NCBI RefSeq assembly: GCF_009914755.1
Contig: NC_060946.1
Source of the DNA: the human T2T-CHM13v2.0 reference genome, Homo sapiens
Length of the DNA: 64,000 nt
Reading direction: 5' to 3' (one strand)
The notes beneath the pieces were generated by a model that saw only the letters and a list, made by a program, of their open reading frames with translations, was not told the DNA's origin and did not search any database. A program made the position numbers and the translations under genes. Of this stretch, positions 1 through 12,644 are shown piece by piece. Position 1 is the stretch's first letter. The number at the start of each line of letters is the position of its first letter.

Positions 1-3000
1 TAATGGAGTGTTATGGAAGGAGGTGGAATGTAACGTAATGGAATGGAATGGAACGGAATGGAGTGGAGCGGAATAAAAGGGAATGGAATGAAATGAAATG
101 GAATGGAAAGGGGAGGAGGGGATTGGGATGGAATGGAATGTAAGGGAATGGAGTGGAGTGCAATGGAATGGAACAGCATGGAGCAGAGTGGAATGGAATG
201 GATATGAATGGAATGGAGTGGAATGGATTGGAGTGGAGTGGAATGGAATGGAATGGAATGGAATGGATTGGAGTGGAGTGGAATGTAATGGAATGGATAG
301 ACATGGAATGGAATGCAGTGTAAAGGAATGGACTAGACTTGAATGGAGTGGAGTGGAGTGGAGTGGAGTGGAATGTAATGTAATGGAATGCAATGAAAAG
401 TAAAGGAATGGAATGGAATGGAATGGAATGGAGTGGAGAGAAATGCCGTAGGGTGGAGTGAAATGGAATGGAATGGAAAGGAATTGAATGGGAAGTAGTG
501 GAATGGAATGGAATGGAAGGGAATGAAATGGAATGGAAAGTAATGGAATGGAGTGTGGTGGAGTGAAATGGAAATGAGTAGAGTGGAATAGAATGGAGTG
601 GAATGAAAAGGAATGCAACGGAATAGAATTGAATGGAGTTGAGGGGAGTGGATTGGAGGTGGGTCGATTGGAATGAAATTCATAGGAATGGAAAGGAATG
701 GATTGGAATGGAATGAAGTGGAAAAGAACAGAGTGGACTGGAATAGAGTGGAATGGAATGGAATGGAATGGAATGGAATGGAATGGAATGGAAGTGATTG
801 GAATGGAATGGGGTGGAAGGGAATGGAATGGAGTGGAATGGAAGGGAGTGGAATGGAATGCAGTGGAGTGGAATGGAAAGGATTGGATTGGAATGGAATG
901 GACGGGAATGGAATGGAGTGGAATGGAATGGAGTGGAATTGAATGGAGTGGTATGGAGTTGAGTGGAGTGGAAAGGAATGGAATGGAATTAAGTGGAGTG
1001 GAATGGAATGGAATGAAATGGAATGGAATCGAGAGGATTGGAATGGAATGGAATGGAATGAAATGGAATGGAATCGAGAGGAACGGAATGGAAACGAATG
1101 GAATGCAATGGAATGGAATGGAATGGGATGGAATTGAGTGGAATGGAGTGGAATTGAATGGACCGGAGTGGAATGGAATGGGATGGAATGGAAAGAAAGG
1201 GAATGGAATTGAACGGAGTGAATGGAAGAGAACGGAATGGAATGGGATGGAGTGAATGCAATGGAACGGTAAGGAATGGAATGGAATGGAAAGGAATGGA
1301 GTTGACGGGAGTGTAATCGAATTGATTGTTGTCAAATGCAATAGAATGGGATGGAATGGAATGGAATGTAGTTGAGTGGAATTGAATGGAGTGTAATGGA
1401 AGGGAGTGGAGTGGAATGGAGTGGTATGGAAAGGAGTGGAATGGAAATAAAGGATATGGAATGGAAAGGAAAGGAGTAGAAGGGAATTTAATGGAATGGA
1501 ATCTAGAGAAATGCAGTGGAAATGAATGTAATGGAAGGGAATGCAATGGATTGGAGTGGAATGGAATGGAATAGAATGTAGAGGAATGGAATGTAATGGA
1601 ATGGAATGGAGTGGAATGGAGACGTGTGGAATAGAGTGGAATGGAATGGAATGGAACGGAATGGAGTGGAATGGAATGCAGTGAAAGAAATGTAATGGAA
1701 TGGAATGGTTTTGAGTCGAATGGAGAGTAGTGGAGAGGAATGGAATGGAATGGAATTGAAAAGAGTTGAATGGAGTGCAATGGAATGGAATTGAAAAGAG
1801 TTGAATGGAGTGGAATGCAATGGAATGGAAAGGAAATGAATGGAATGGAATGGCATGGAATGGAATCAAATGCAGTGGAACGGAATGGAAAGGAATGGAT
1901 TGGAGTGGAATGGAGACGATTGTAGTGGAATGGAATGGAATGGAATGGGGAGGAGGGGAGTGGGGTGGAATGGAATGGAGTGGAATGTTGTGGAGTGGAG
2001 TGGATTATAAAGCAATGTAGTGGAATGGAATAGAAAAGAATGGAATGGAAAATAATGGAATGGCATGAAATGGAAAGAATGGAATATACTGGGGTGGGGT
2101 GGAATGGCATTGAGTGGATTGGAATAGAAAGGTAAGGAATGGAATGGAATGGAATGGAATGCAATGGAATGGAGTGGAATGGAGTGGAGTGGAGATGAGT
2201 CTAGTGGAATGAAATTCAATGGAATGGAATGAAATGGAATGGAATGGTGAGGAATGCAGTGGATTGGATTGGACTGGAGTGGAAGGGAATGGAATGGAAA
2301 GGAATGGAATGGTATGGAGTGGAATGGAATGGGGTGGAATGGAATGGAGTGGAATGGATTGGAGTAGAGTGGAGTGGAATGGAATGGAATGGAATGTCGT
2401 GGAATGGATTGGAGTAGAGTGGAGTGGAATGGAACGGAGTGGTGTGGAATGGAATGGAATTTAGAGGAGTGGAATGAATGGAATGGAATTGAATAGAGTA
2501 GAATGAAATGGAATGGAATGGAACGGAATGGAAAGGAAATGAGTGGTGTGTAGTGGAATGGAATGTATTGGAATACAGTGAAGTGGAATTGAATGGAATG
2601 GATTGGAGTGGAGTGGAATGGAATGGAGTGGAATGGAATGGAATGGAATGGAATGGAGTGGAGTTGAGTAGAATGGAATGGGGTGAAATAGAGTGGAATG
2701 GAATGATCAGGAGTGGAGTAGAGTTGAATGAAAAGGAAAGGAGTATAGTGGAATGGAATAAAATGAAATGGAATGGATTGGAGAGGAATGGAGTGGAGTG
2801 GAGTGGAATGGAGTTGAATGGCGTGGGGTGGAATGGAATCGAAAGTAAAGAAATGGAATGGAAGGAATGGATTGGAGTGGAGTGGATTCAAAAGGAGTGG
2901 AGTGGAAAGGACTGGAATACAATGAAATGGAATGGAATGGAATGGATAGGAGAGGTGTAAAATGGAGTGGAATGTAGTGGAATGGAATGATATGGAAAGG

Positions 3001-4432
3001 AATGGAATGGAATGGAGTGGAATGAAGTGGAATGGAATGGACTGGAGTGGAATGGAATGGAGTGGAGTGGAATGGAATGGAGATTAATGGAGTGGAGTGG
3101 AATGGAATGGAATGGCGTGGAATGGAGTGGAATGGATTGGAACTTCATGGCACGTCATGGAAAGGAATGGAGAGGAGGGGAGTGGGGGGGAATGGAATAT
3201 ATATGAGTGGAGTGGAATGGAATGGAACAGAATGGAGTGAAATAAATTTGACTGTAATGGAATGGAATGGTTTTGAGGGGTGTGGAATGGAATCGTGTGG
3301 AATGGAATGGAGTGGAAGCGAGTGGAATGGAGTGGAGTGCAGTGGAATGCTATGGTATGCAGTGGAGTGGAGCGGAATGGAATGCAATGGAGTGGAATAG
3401 AATGGAGTGGAGTGGAATGGGATGGAATGGATTGGAATGAAGTGTTATTGAATAGAGTGGAATGGAGTGGAGTGGAATGGAATGGAAGGGAATGGAATGG
3501 AAAGCAATGGAATGGAATGGAGTGGAGTGGATTGGAGTCGATTGAAGTGGAGTTGAATGGAATGGAATAAAATTGTAGGGAATGAAACGGAATAGAATGC
3601 AATGGAGTGGAATGAATGCAATTTAATGTATTGGAATGGAGTGGAGAGGACTGAAATGGAATGGAATTTAAAGGAATATAAAGGAATGGAATGGATTGGA
3701 ATAGAATTTAGTGGAATGGAATGGAGTTGAGTGGAATGGAATGGAATGGAATGCAATGCAATGCAATGGAGTAGAATGCAGTGGAATGGAATGGAATGCA
3801 GAGGAATGGAATGGAATGGATTCGAGAGGAATGGATAGGAAATGAATGGAATGGAATGGAATGGAGTTTAATGGAGTGGAGTGGAGTGGATTGCTATGGT
3901 ATGGAGTGGAATGGAACGGTACGGAATGTAATGGAGTGTAATAGAATGGAATGGATTCGCGTGGCATGGAATGGAATGGAACGCAACGGAATGGAATGAA
4001 ATGCTGTGGAGTGGAATGGAATTTAAAGGAATAAAATGGAAAGGAGTGGAGTGGAGTCGAGTGCAGTGGAATGGAATGGAGTGTAATGCAATGCAATGGA
4101 ATGGAGTGGAGTGTAGAGGAATGGAGTGGAGTGCAGTGGAATGGAGTGCTGTGGGATGGAGTGGAATCGAGTGAAATGGAATGGAATAGAAGGGAATCGA
4201 TTGGAGTGGAATGGAATGGAGTGGAGTGGAATGGAATGCAGTGGAATGGAGTGGAGAGAAATGGAGTGTGGTGCAATGGAATGGAACGGAGTGAAATGTA
4301 AAGGAATGGAATGGAATGGAGTGGATTGCAAAGGAGTGGTATGGCATGGAACAGAGTATAGTGGAAAGGAATGGAATGGAATGGAATAGAATGGAATGGA
4401 ATTGAGTGGCATGGAGTGGTATGGAATGGAAA

Positions 4433-4550
4433 GGAGTGTAGTGGAATTGAATGTAATAGAACGGAACTTAGTGTAGTGGAATTGAATGTAATAGAATGGA
4501 ACGGAGTGTAGTGGAATTGAATGTAAAAGAATGGAGCGGAGTGTAGTGGA
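4433..4550. repeat. Local tandem repeat, 35-bp unit, about 3 copies
   Basis: GTGTAGTGGA starts at 4436, 4471, 4506 and 4541; the first three continue ATTGAATGTAA(T/A)AGAA. Confidence 0.85.
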
Positions 4551-7500
4551 ATGGAATGGAATGGAGTGGAATGGAAAGGAAAGGAATGGAATGGAATGGA
4601 ATCGAATGGAATGGAAAGGAATGCAATGGAGTGAAATGGAATGGAACGGAAGGGAATGGAGTTGAGTGGAATGGAATGGTATGGAATGGAACAGAGTGTA
4701 AGGGTATGGTATGGAATGGAACGGAGTGTAAGGGAATGGAATGGAGTGTAATGGAATGGAACGGAATGGAGTGGAATGGAGAGGTATGGAACGGAACAGA
4801 GTGTAGTGGAATGGAATTGAATGGAATGGAATAGAGTGGAATGGAGTGGTATACAATGAAACGGAGTTCCGTGGAATGGATTGGAACGGAGTGTAGTGGA
4901 ATGGAATGGAATGGAGTGGAACGGAATGGAATGGAATGGAATGGAGTGGCATGGAACGGCATGCAGTGGAGTGGAGTGGATTGGAGTGCAGTGGAGTGGA
5001 ACGGAGTGGCGTGGAATGGAATGTAATGGAATGGAATGGTGTGGAGTGGAATGCAATGGAATGGAATGGAGTAGAGGGGAGTGGAATGGTAGGGAGTGGA
5101 ATGGAATGGAGTTGGGTTTAGTGGAATGGAGTGGAGTGGAATGCAGTAGAGTGGAATGCAGTAGAGTCGAATGCAATGGATCTGTGTGTGGTAGAACTCA
5201 AAGGACTGGAATGGAATGGAGTGGAATGAAGTGGAGTGGAGTGGAATGGGTTGGATAGGATTGGTATAGAGTCGAGTAGAGTAGAGTGGAATGGAACGGG
5301 GTGGAGTGGAGTGGAATGGAATTAAAAGGAATGGAAGTGAATTGAAAGCAGTGCAGTGGAATGGAGTGGAGAGAAGTGGAGTGGAATGGAATGAAATGGA
5401 ATGGAATTGAATGGAATGGAGAGGAGGGGTGTGGAATTGAATGGAATGGAGTGGAATGTAGTGGAGTTGAGTGGATTGGAAAGGAATGGGAATGTGTGGA
5501 ATGGAATGGAATGGAATGAAATAGAATGGAATGGAATGGAGTGGAGGGGAGTGAAATGGAATTGAGTTGAGTGGAAGAAATGGAATGGAATGGAGTGGAG
5601 TCGAGTGGAGTGGGGTAGAGTGGAATGGAATGGAATTGAGTGGAGTGGAATGGAATGGAATTCCATGGAGTGGAATGCAATGGAATGCAATGGAATTGAA
5701 TGAAAAGTGTTGGAGTGGAATGGAATGGAGTGGAGTTAAGTGAAATGGAATGGAATGCAAAGGAATGTAGCAGAGTGGAGAGGAATGAACTGGAGTGGAG
5801 TGAAACGGAATGTAATGGAATGGAAAGGAATGGAATAGAGTGGAATATAGAGGGATGGAATGCAATGGAATGGAATGAAGTGGAATGGAATGGAAACGAA
5901 TCGATTGGGGTGGAGTGGAATATAAGTGAGTGGAGTGGAGTGGAGTTGAGTGGAATGGAATGGAATAGAGTGGAGTAGAGCATAGTGGTGTGGAATGGAA
6001 AAGAGAGGAGCGGAGTAGAATGGAATGGAAAGGAATGGATAGAACTGAATGGAGTGGAATGGAATGGAATGGAAAGGAATCGATTGCGGAGGAGTGGAAT
6101 GGATGTGAGTGGAGTAGAAGAGAATGCAATGGAATGGAATGGAGTGGAGTGGATTGGAATGTGATCGAGTGTAAAGTAATGGAATAGAGTGCAGTGGAAT
6201 GCAATGGAATGGAAAGGAATGGAGTGGAAAGGAATGGAATGGAATGGGTGGAATGGAATGTGATGCAGTAGAATGGAATGCAGTGGAAATGAAAGGAATG
6301 GAATGGAATGGAATGGAATGGAGTGGAATGGAGTGGAGTGGAACAGAATGGCTGGACTGAAGTGGAATGGAATGGAATGAAATGGAATGGAGTGGAGTGG
6401 AATGAAGTGGAATAGAGAGAAATGGAATGGATTGGAACGGAATGGAATCGAGTGGAATGGAATGGAATGAAGTGGAATGCAGTGGAGTGGAGTGGAAGGG
6501 AGTGGAATGGAATGGAGTGGAGTGGAGTGGAATGTAATAGAATGAAATTGAATAGAATGGAATGGAGTGGAGTTGAAGGGATTGGAGTGCAGTGGAGTGG
6601 AATACAATTGAATGCGTTGGAATGGAGAGGATGTTAGGGCAGTGGAATTGAATGGAGTGGAATGTACTTTATTTGAGTGTATTTAAAGGGAATGTAGTTG
6701 AATGGAATGGCAACAATTGGAATGGAACGGAATGCAAAGGAATCGAACTGAATGGAATGGAATGAAAAGGAATGGAATGGAATGGAGTGGTGTGGAGTGG
6801 AATGGAATTGAGTGAAGTGGAAGAGAATGGAATGGAATCGGGTGGAGTGGAGTGGGGTCGAGTGGAATGGAACGGAATGGAGTGGAGTGGAATGGAATTG
6901 AATGGAGTGGAGTGGAATTAATTGGAATTCAATGTAAAGGAATGGAATGGAATGGAAAGGAACGGAATGGAATGCAATGGACTGGAATGGAATGTATTGG
7001 AGTGGAAAGGAATGGTATTTAATGGAATGGAATGGAAAGGAATGGATTGGAATGGAAAGAAATGGAATGGGGTGGAATGGGGTGGAGTGGAATAGAATGG
7101 AATTTAATGGAAAGTAATGGAATGGAATGGAATGGAATAGAATTCGAAGGAATGGAATGGGTTGGAGTGTTGGGGAATAGAATGGAATTGAGTGTAGTGG
7201 AATGTAATGGAATTCAATGGAGTGGAATGGAGTGGAGTGGAATGGAATTCAGTGGAATGGATTTGAGTGGAATCGAAAAGAGTAGAGTGGAGTGGAAAGG
7301 ATTGGAGTGGAATAGAGTGTAGTGGAATGGAATGAAAAGGTGTGGAGTGGAGTGGAATGGAGTGGTGTTGAATGAAATTGAAAGGTATAGAATGGAGTCG
7401 AGTGGAATGAAGTGGAGTGGAGTGTAATGAAAAGGAATTGTGTTGAGTTGAATGGAATGGAGTGGGATGGAATGGAGTGGAATGGAATGGACTGGAGTGC

Positions 7501-9941
7501 AGTGGAATAGAATGGAGTGGAATGGAGTGGAGTTGAATGGAATGGAGGGAGTGGAGTTAAATAGACTGGAAAGGTATGGAATGGAATGGAATCGAATGGA
7601 GTGGAGTGGATTGGAATTGAATGGAGTGCAATGGAATGGAATGAATGGAATGGAGTGGGTTGGAGTGGAGTGCAATGGATTGGAATGGAATGGAGTGGAA
7701 TGCAGTGGAGTGGAGTGGAGTGGGATGGAATTGAGTGGAGTGGAGTGGAATGAAATGAAGCGGAATGGAATGGAGTAGAGTGAAATGGAGTGGAGTCAAG
7801 AGGACTGAAATGGAATAGAATGGAAAGGAAAGGAAAAGAATGGAATGAAGAGGAGAAGAGAGGAATGGAATGGATTTGAGTGTAGTCTAGTGGAGTGCAG
7901 TGGATTGGAATGGCATTTAGAGGAATGCAATGGAAAGGAGTGGAGTGGAATGGAAAGGAGTAAAATGGATTGAAATGGAATGGAATCGAGTGGAATGGAA
8001 TAGAATAGAATGGAGTGGACTGGAGTGGAGTGGAATGGGGTCGAGTGGAATAGAATGGAATGGAGTGCGTTTGAATGGTATGGAATTGAATGGAATGGAA
8101 TGTAATGGATTGGAATGGAGTGGAATGGAATGCAATGGAATGGAGTGGATTGGAATGGAATGGAATACAATGGAAAGGAAGGGACTGGACTGGATTGGAA
8201 TGGTTAGGAACGGAATGGAATGGAATGGAGTGTTGTGGAGTGGAATCTAATTGAGTGGAATGGAATGGAATGGCCTGGAATGGAAAGGAATGGACTGGAG
8301 TGGAGTGGAGTGGAATGGAGTGGAAAGCAATGTAGTGGAGTGGAATAGAATGGAATGGAGTGGAATGAAATGGAATGGAGTGGGTAGGAGTGGAATGGAA
8401 TTGAGCAGAGTGGAATAGACTGGAATGGAAAGGAATGAGAGGAGTGGAGAGGGTTCGAATGGAAAGGATGGAAAGGAACGAAGTGGAGTTGAATGCAATG
8501 GACTGGAATGCAATGGCGTGGAACGGAATAGATTGCAGTGGAGTGTAGTGGAATGCAATGTAAAGGTGTGGAGTGGAATGGAATGGAAAGGTATTGAATG
8601 GAATCGAGTGGAATTTAATGGAGTGGAGTGGAGTGGAGAGGAATGGAATGGAACGGTGTGGAGTGGTGTGGAATGGAATGCTGTTGAATGTAATTGATTG
8701 GAATTGAAAGGAGTGGAGTGGAGTGGAAAGGAATGGAATGGATTCCAGGGGAATTGAATGGAATGGAACAGAATGGAGTGGAGGGGAATGGAATGGAGTG
8801 GGAAGGAATGGAGTGGAATGGAATGAAGTGGAGTTTAGTGGATAAGAATGAAGTGGAATGGAATGGAGTGGAATGGAATGGAACAGATTGTATTAGAATG
8901 TAATGGAATGGAATGAAATGCAATGGAATGGAATGGAATGGACTGGAGATTAATGGAGTGGAATGGAATGCAGTGGAGTGAAGTAGAATGGAATGAAATG
9001 CAAAGGAATGGAATGGTATAAAATGGAGGGAAGTGGTTTGGAGTTGAGAGGAGTGAAGTGGAATGGAATGGAATGGAATGGAACGTATTGGAGTGCAATG
9101 TAATAGAACGGAATGGATTGGAATGGAGTGGAGTGGAGTGGAATGAAATTCAGTGGAGTGGAGTGGAATGAAAAGGAGTTGAATGGAATGGAGTGGAGTG
9201 GAATGGAGTGTAGTGGAGTGGAATGGAATGGAATGGAATGGAAAGGAATGGAATGGAATGGAATGAAAAGGAATGGAATGGAAGGGAATGCAGAGGAGAT
9301 TAGAGGAGTGGAAAGGATTGGAGTGGAATTTAGTCGAGTGTAGTGGATTGGAACGGAATGTAGTGGAATCCAATAGAAAGGAGAGGAACAGAAGGGAATG
9401 GAGTGGAATGGGATGAAATGGAATGGAATGGAATGGACTAGGTTGTAGGGGAATGGAAGCAAGTGGAGTGGAAGAGAACGGAATGGAATGGAGTGAAGTG
9501 GAGTGGAGTGGGGACGAGTGGAATAGAATGGAATGGAGTGGATTTCAATGGAATGGAATTCAATGGTATGGAATGTAGTGGAGTTGAATTGAGTGGACTG
9601 GAATGTAATGGAATGGAGTTGATTGGAATGGAATGGAATGGAATGGAATGGACAGCATTGGAAAGGAATGGAACGGACTGGAATGGAAGGGAGTTTTGTG
9701 GATTGGAATGGAATTGAGTGGAATGTAATGAAATGGAATGCAATGGAATGGAGTCGATTGGAGTGGATTTTAGTGGAATGGAATAGAATTGAATGGAATG
9801 GAATGGAGAGGATGTTAGTGCAGTTGAATGGAATGGAATGGAATGTAGTTGAGTGGGATGGATTGAAATGGAATGTAGTCGAATGTAATGGAAACGAGTG
9901 GAATGTAATGTAATGGAATGACATGGAATGGAATGGAAGGA

Positions 9942-10076
9942 AGTGGAATAGAATTGAATTCAATGTAAAGGAATGGAATGCAATGCAATGGAATGGAATG
10001 GAATTGAAAGGAGTGGAATAGAATTGAATTCAATGTAAAGAAATGAAATCGAATGCAATGGAATGGAATGGAATGG
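9942..10076. repeat. Local tandem duplication, 70-bp period
   Basis: GAATTGAATTCAATGTAAAG at 9951 and 10021, both preceded by AGTGGAATA. Confidence 0.85.
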
Positions 10077-12218
10077 AAAGGAGTGTACTGGAATGGAATG
10101 TAGCAGAGTGGAATGGAATTGAATAGAGTGGAGTAGAATGGAATGCAACGGAATGGAATGGAATGGCGTGGAATGGAGTGCTGGGCAATGAAATGGAATG
10201 AATTGAAGTAGATTGGAATTGAATTCCATGAAATGTAATGGAAAGGAGTGGAATAGAAAGGAACGGAATGGAATGGAATGGAGTGGTGGTGAGTAGAATG
10301 GAATTGGGTGGAGTGGAATTTAATGGAATAGAATGGAATGGAGTGGAGTGCAATGGAATGGGGTGGAATGGAAAGGAGTGGAATGGAATAGATTGTAGTG
10401 TAGTGGAATGGAAAGGAGTGGAATGGAGTGGAGTGGAATGGAATGGAAAGGTGAGAAGCGGAGTGGAATTCAATGGTGTGGAATGGAATCGTGTGGAATT
10501 GAATGGAGTGGAGTGGAGTGGACACGAATTGAATGGAATGGAGTTGAGTGGAATGGAATGGAATGGATTGGATTGGAATGGAATAGATTGGGATGGAATG
10601 AAGTGGAATGGAATGGATTGGAGTGGAGTGGTATAGAATGGAGTGGAATGGAGCAGAGGGGATTGGAATGGAAAGGAGTGCAGAGGTATGGAATAGAATG
10701 GAGTGATGGTGGATTGGAGTGCAATAGAATGCAGTGGAGTGCAGTGGAATGCAATGGAATGCAAAGGAACAGAATGGAATGGAATGGAGTGGAGTGGAAT
10801 GGAGTTGAGAGGAGTGAAATGGAATGGAATGGAGTGGAATGGAATGGAATGGAATGTAGTGGAGTGGAAAGGAAAAAATTGAATTTAGTGGAATGGATTG
10901 GAATGGTGTAGAGTGCAGTGGAATGCAATGGAATGTAGTGGAATGGAATGGAGTGAAGTGGAGTGGAGGGGAATGGAACGGAGTGGAGTTGAGTGGAATG
11001 AAATGGAGTGAAATGGAATGGAAAGGAGTGGATTGGAATGGAATGGAAAGCAATGGAATAGAATGGAATGGAATGGAGAGGAGAGGAGTGGATTGGAATG
11101 GATTGCAGTGGAATGTAGTGGAATGCAGAGGATTGGAATGGAATGTACTGTAATGGAATAGAAAGGAGTGGAATGGAATGGAGGGGAATGGAATGAAACG
11201 GAAAGCAATGGAATTGAGTGGTTTGGATTGGAATGGAATCGAGGGGATTGGAATAGAATGGAATGGAAAGGAGTGGAGTGGAGTGGAGTGGAGTGGGGTC
11301 GAGTGGAATAAAATGGAATGGAGTGGAGTTCAATGGAATGGAATGGAATGGAATGGAATGCTGTGGAATGGAACGGAATGGAATGGAATGGAGGGTTGTG
11401 GAGTGGAGTGAAATGGAATGGAATGGACTGGGGTGGAGTGCAATGGAATTGAGTGGAGTGGAAGAGAAGGCAAAAGAATGTAATGGAGTGGAGTGGATTG
11501 GAATGGGGTGGAGTGTAATGGAATGGAATAGATTGAAGTGGAGTGCAATTGAATGGAAAGTAATGGAGTGGAATGGAATGGAATGGAAAGGAAAGGAATG
11601 GAGTGGAATGGATCGGAATGGAGTAGAATGGAAAGCAATGGAATGGAAGGGAATGGAATGGAGTGGAATGGAGTTGAGTGGAATGGAATGGAATGGATTA
11701 GAATGGACTGCAAAGGAATGGAATGGAATGGAACGGAATGTACTGGGATAGAATGGAATGGAGAGGAGTGGAGTGGAATGGAATGGAGTGGAATTGAATG
11801 TAGTGTAGGGAATGGAATGGAAGGGAGTGGAATCAAATGGAATGGAATTGAATGGAGTGGATTGGAACGGAATGTATTGGACTGGAATGCAATGGGGTGG
11901 AATGGAATGGAATCGAATGTAGTGTAGTGTGGCAGAGAGGAAAGGAATGGAATGGAGCGGAGTGGAATGGAATGGAATTCAATGGAAAGGAATGGAATGG
12001 AATGGAATTCAATGGAAAGGAATGGAATGGAATGGAATGGAATGGAATGGAATGGAATGGAATGGAATTGAAGGGAATGGAATGGAAAGGAACGGAATGG
12101 ATTGGAATGTTATGGAAAGGAACGGAATGGAATGGAGTGGAATGGTGTGGAATGGATTGGAATTCAATAGAATGGAATGGAATGGATTGGAAAGGAATGG
12201 AACGGAATGAAACAGAAT

Positions 12219-12644
12219 GGAGTTGTGTGGATTAGAATGGAACTGAGTGGAATGGAATGGAATGGAATGGAATCGAATGGAATGGAGTGAAGTGGAATGG
12301 AATGGAGTGCAATGGAATGGAGTGGAATGTAATAGAGTGGAGTGGAGTGGAATGGAATGGAATGGAAAGGAACGGAATGGAATTGAGTGGAATGGAGTGG
12401 AATGGATTGGAATTCAATGGAATGGAATGGAGTGGAATGGATTGGAATTCAATGGAATGGAATGGAGTGGAATGGAATGGAAAGGAATGGAAGGGAATGG
12501 AATAGAATGGAGTGGTGTGGATTAGAATGAAATTGAGTGGAATGGAAAGGAATGGAATCGAATGGAATGGAGTGAAGTGGAATGCAATGGAGTGCAATGG
12601 AATGGACTGGAATGTAATAGAGTGGAGTGGAGTGGAATGGAATG
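12219..12644. repeat. Near-tandem duplication of ~140 bp (12219-12360 and 12509-12644)
   Basis: TGTGGATTAGAATG with ATTAG at 12231 and 12521, followed by the same order of variants (ATCGAAT, GTGAAGT, GTGCAAT, ATGTAATAGAGT); offset 290 falling to 285 after a one-pentamer indel. Confidence 0.75.

Noticed and set aside
1947-1968. Canonical G-quadruplex motifs in G-rich spots (also ~34974-34990, ~39711-39740)
   Set aside because: Only three runs of three or more G lie close together at each spot; no four-tract motif was found by eye.
5178-5210. Possible foreign insertion (GGATCTGTGTGTGGTAGAACTCAAAGG); similar odd patches at 6660-6690 and 39950-39990
   Set aside because: Too short, the pentamer register is unchanged on both sides, and there is no target-site duplication; best read as clustered substitutions.
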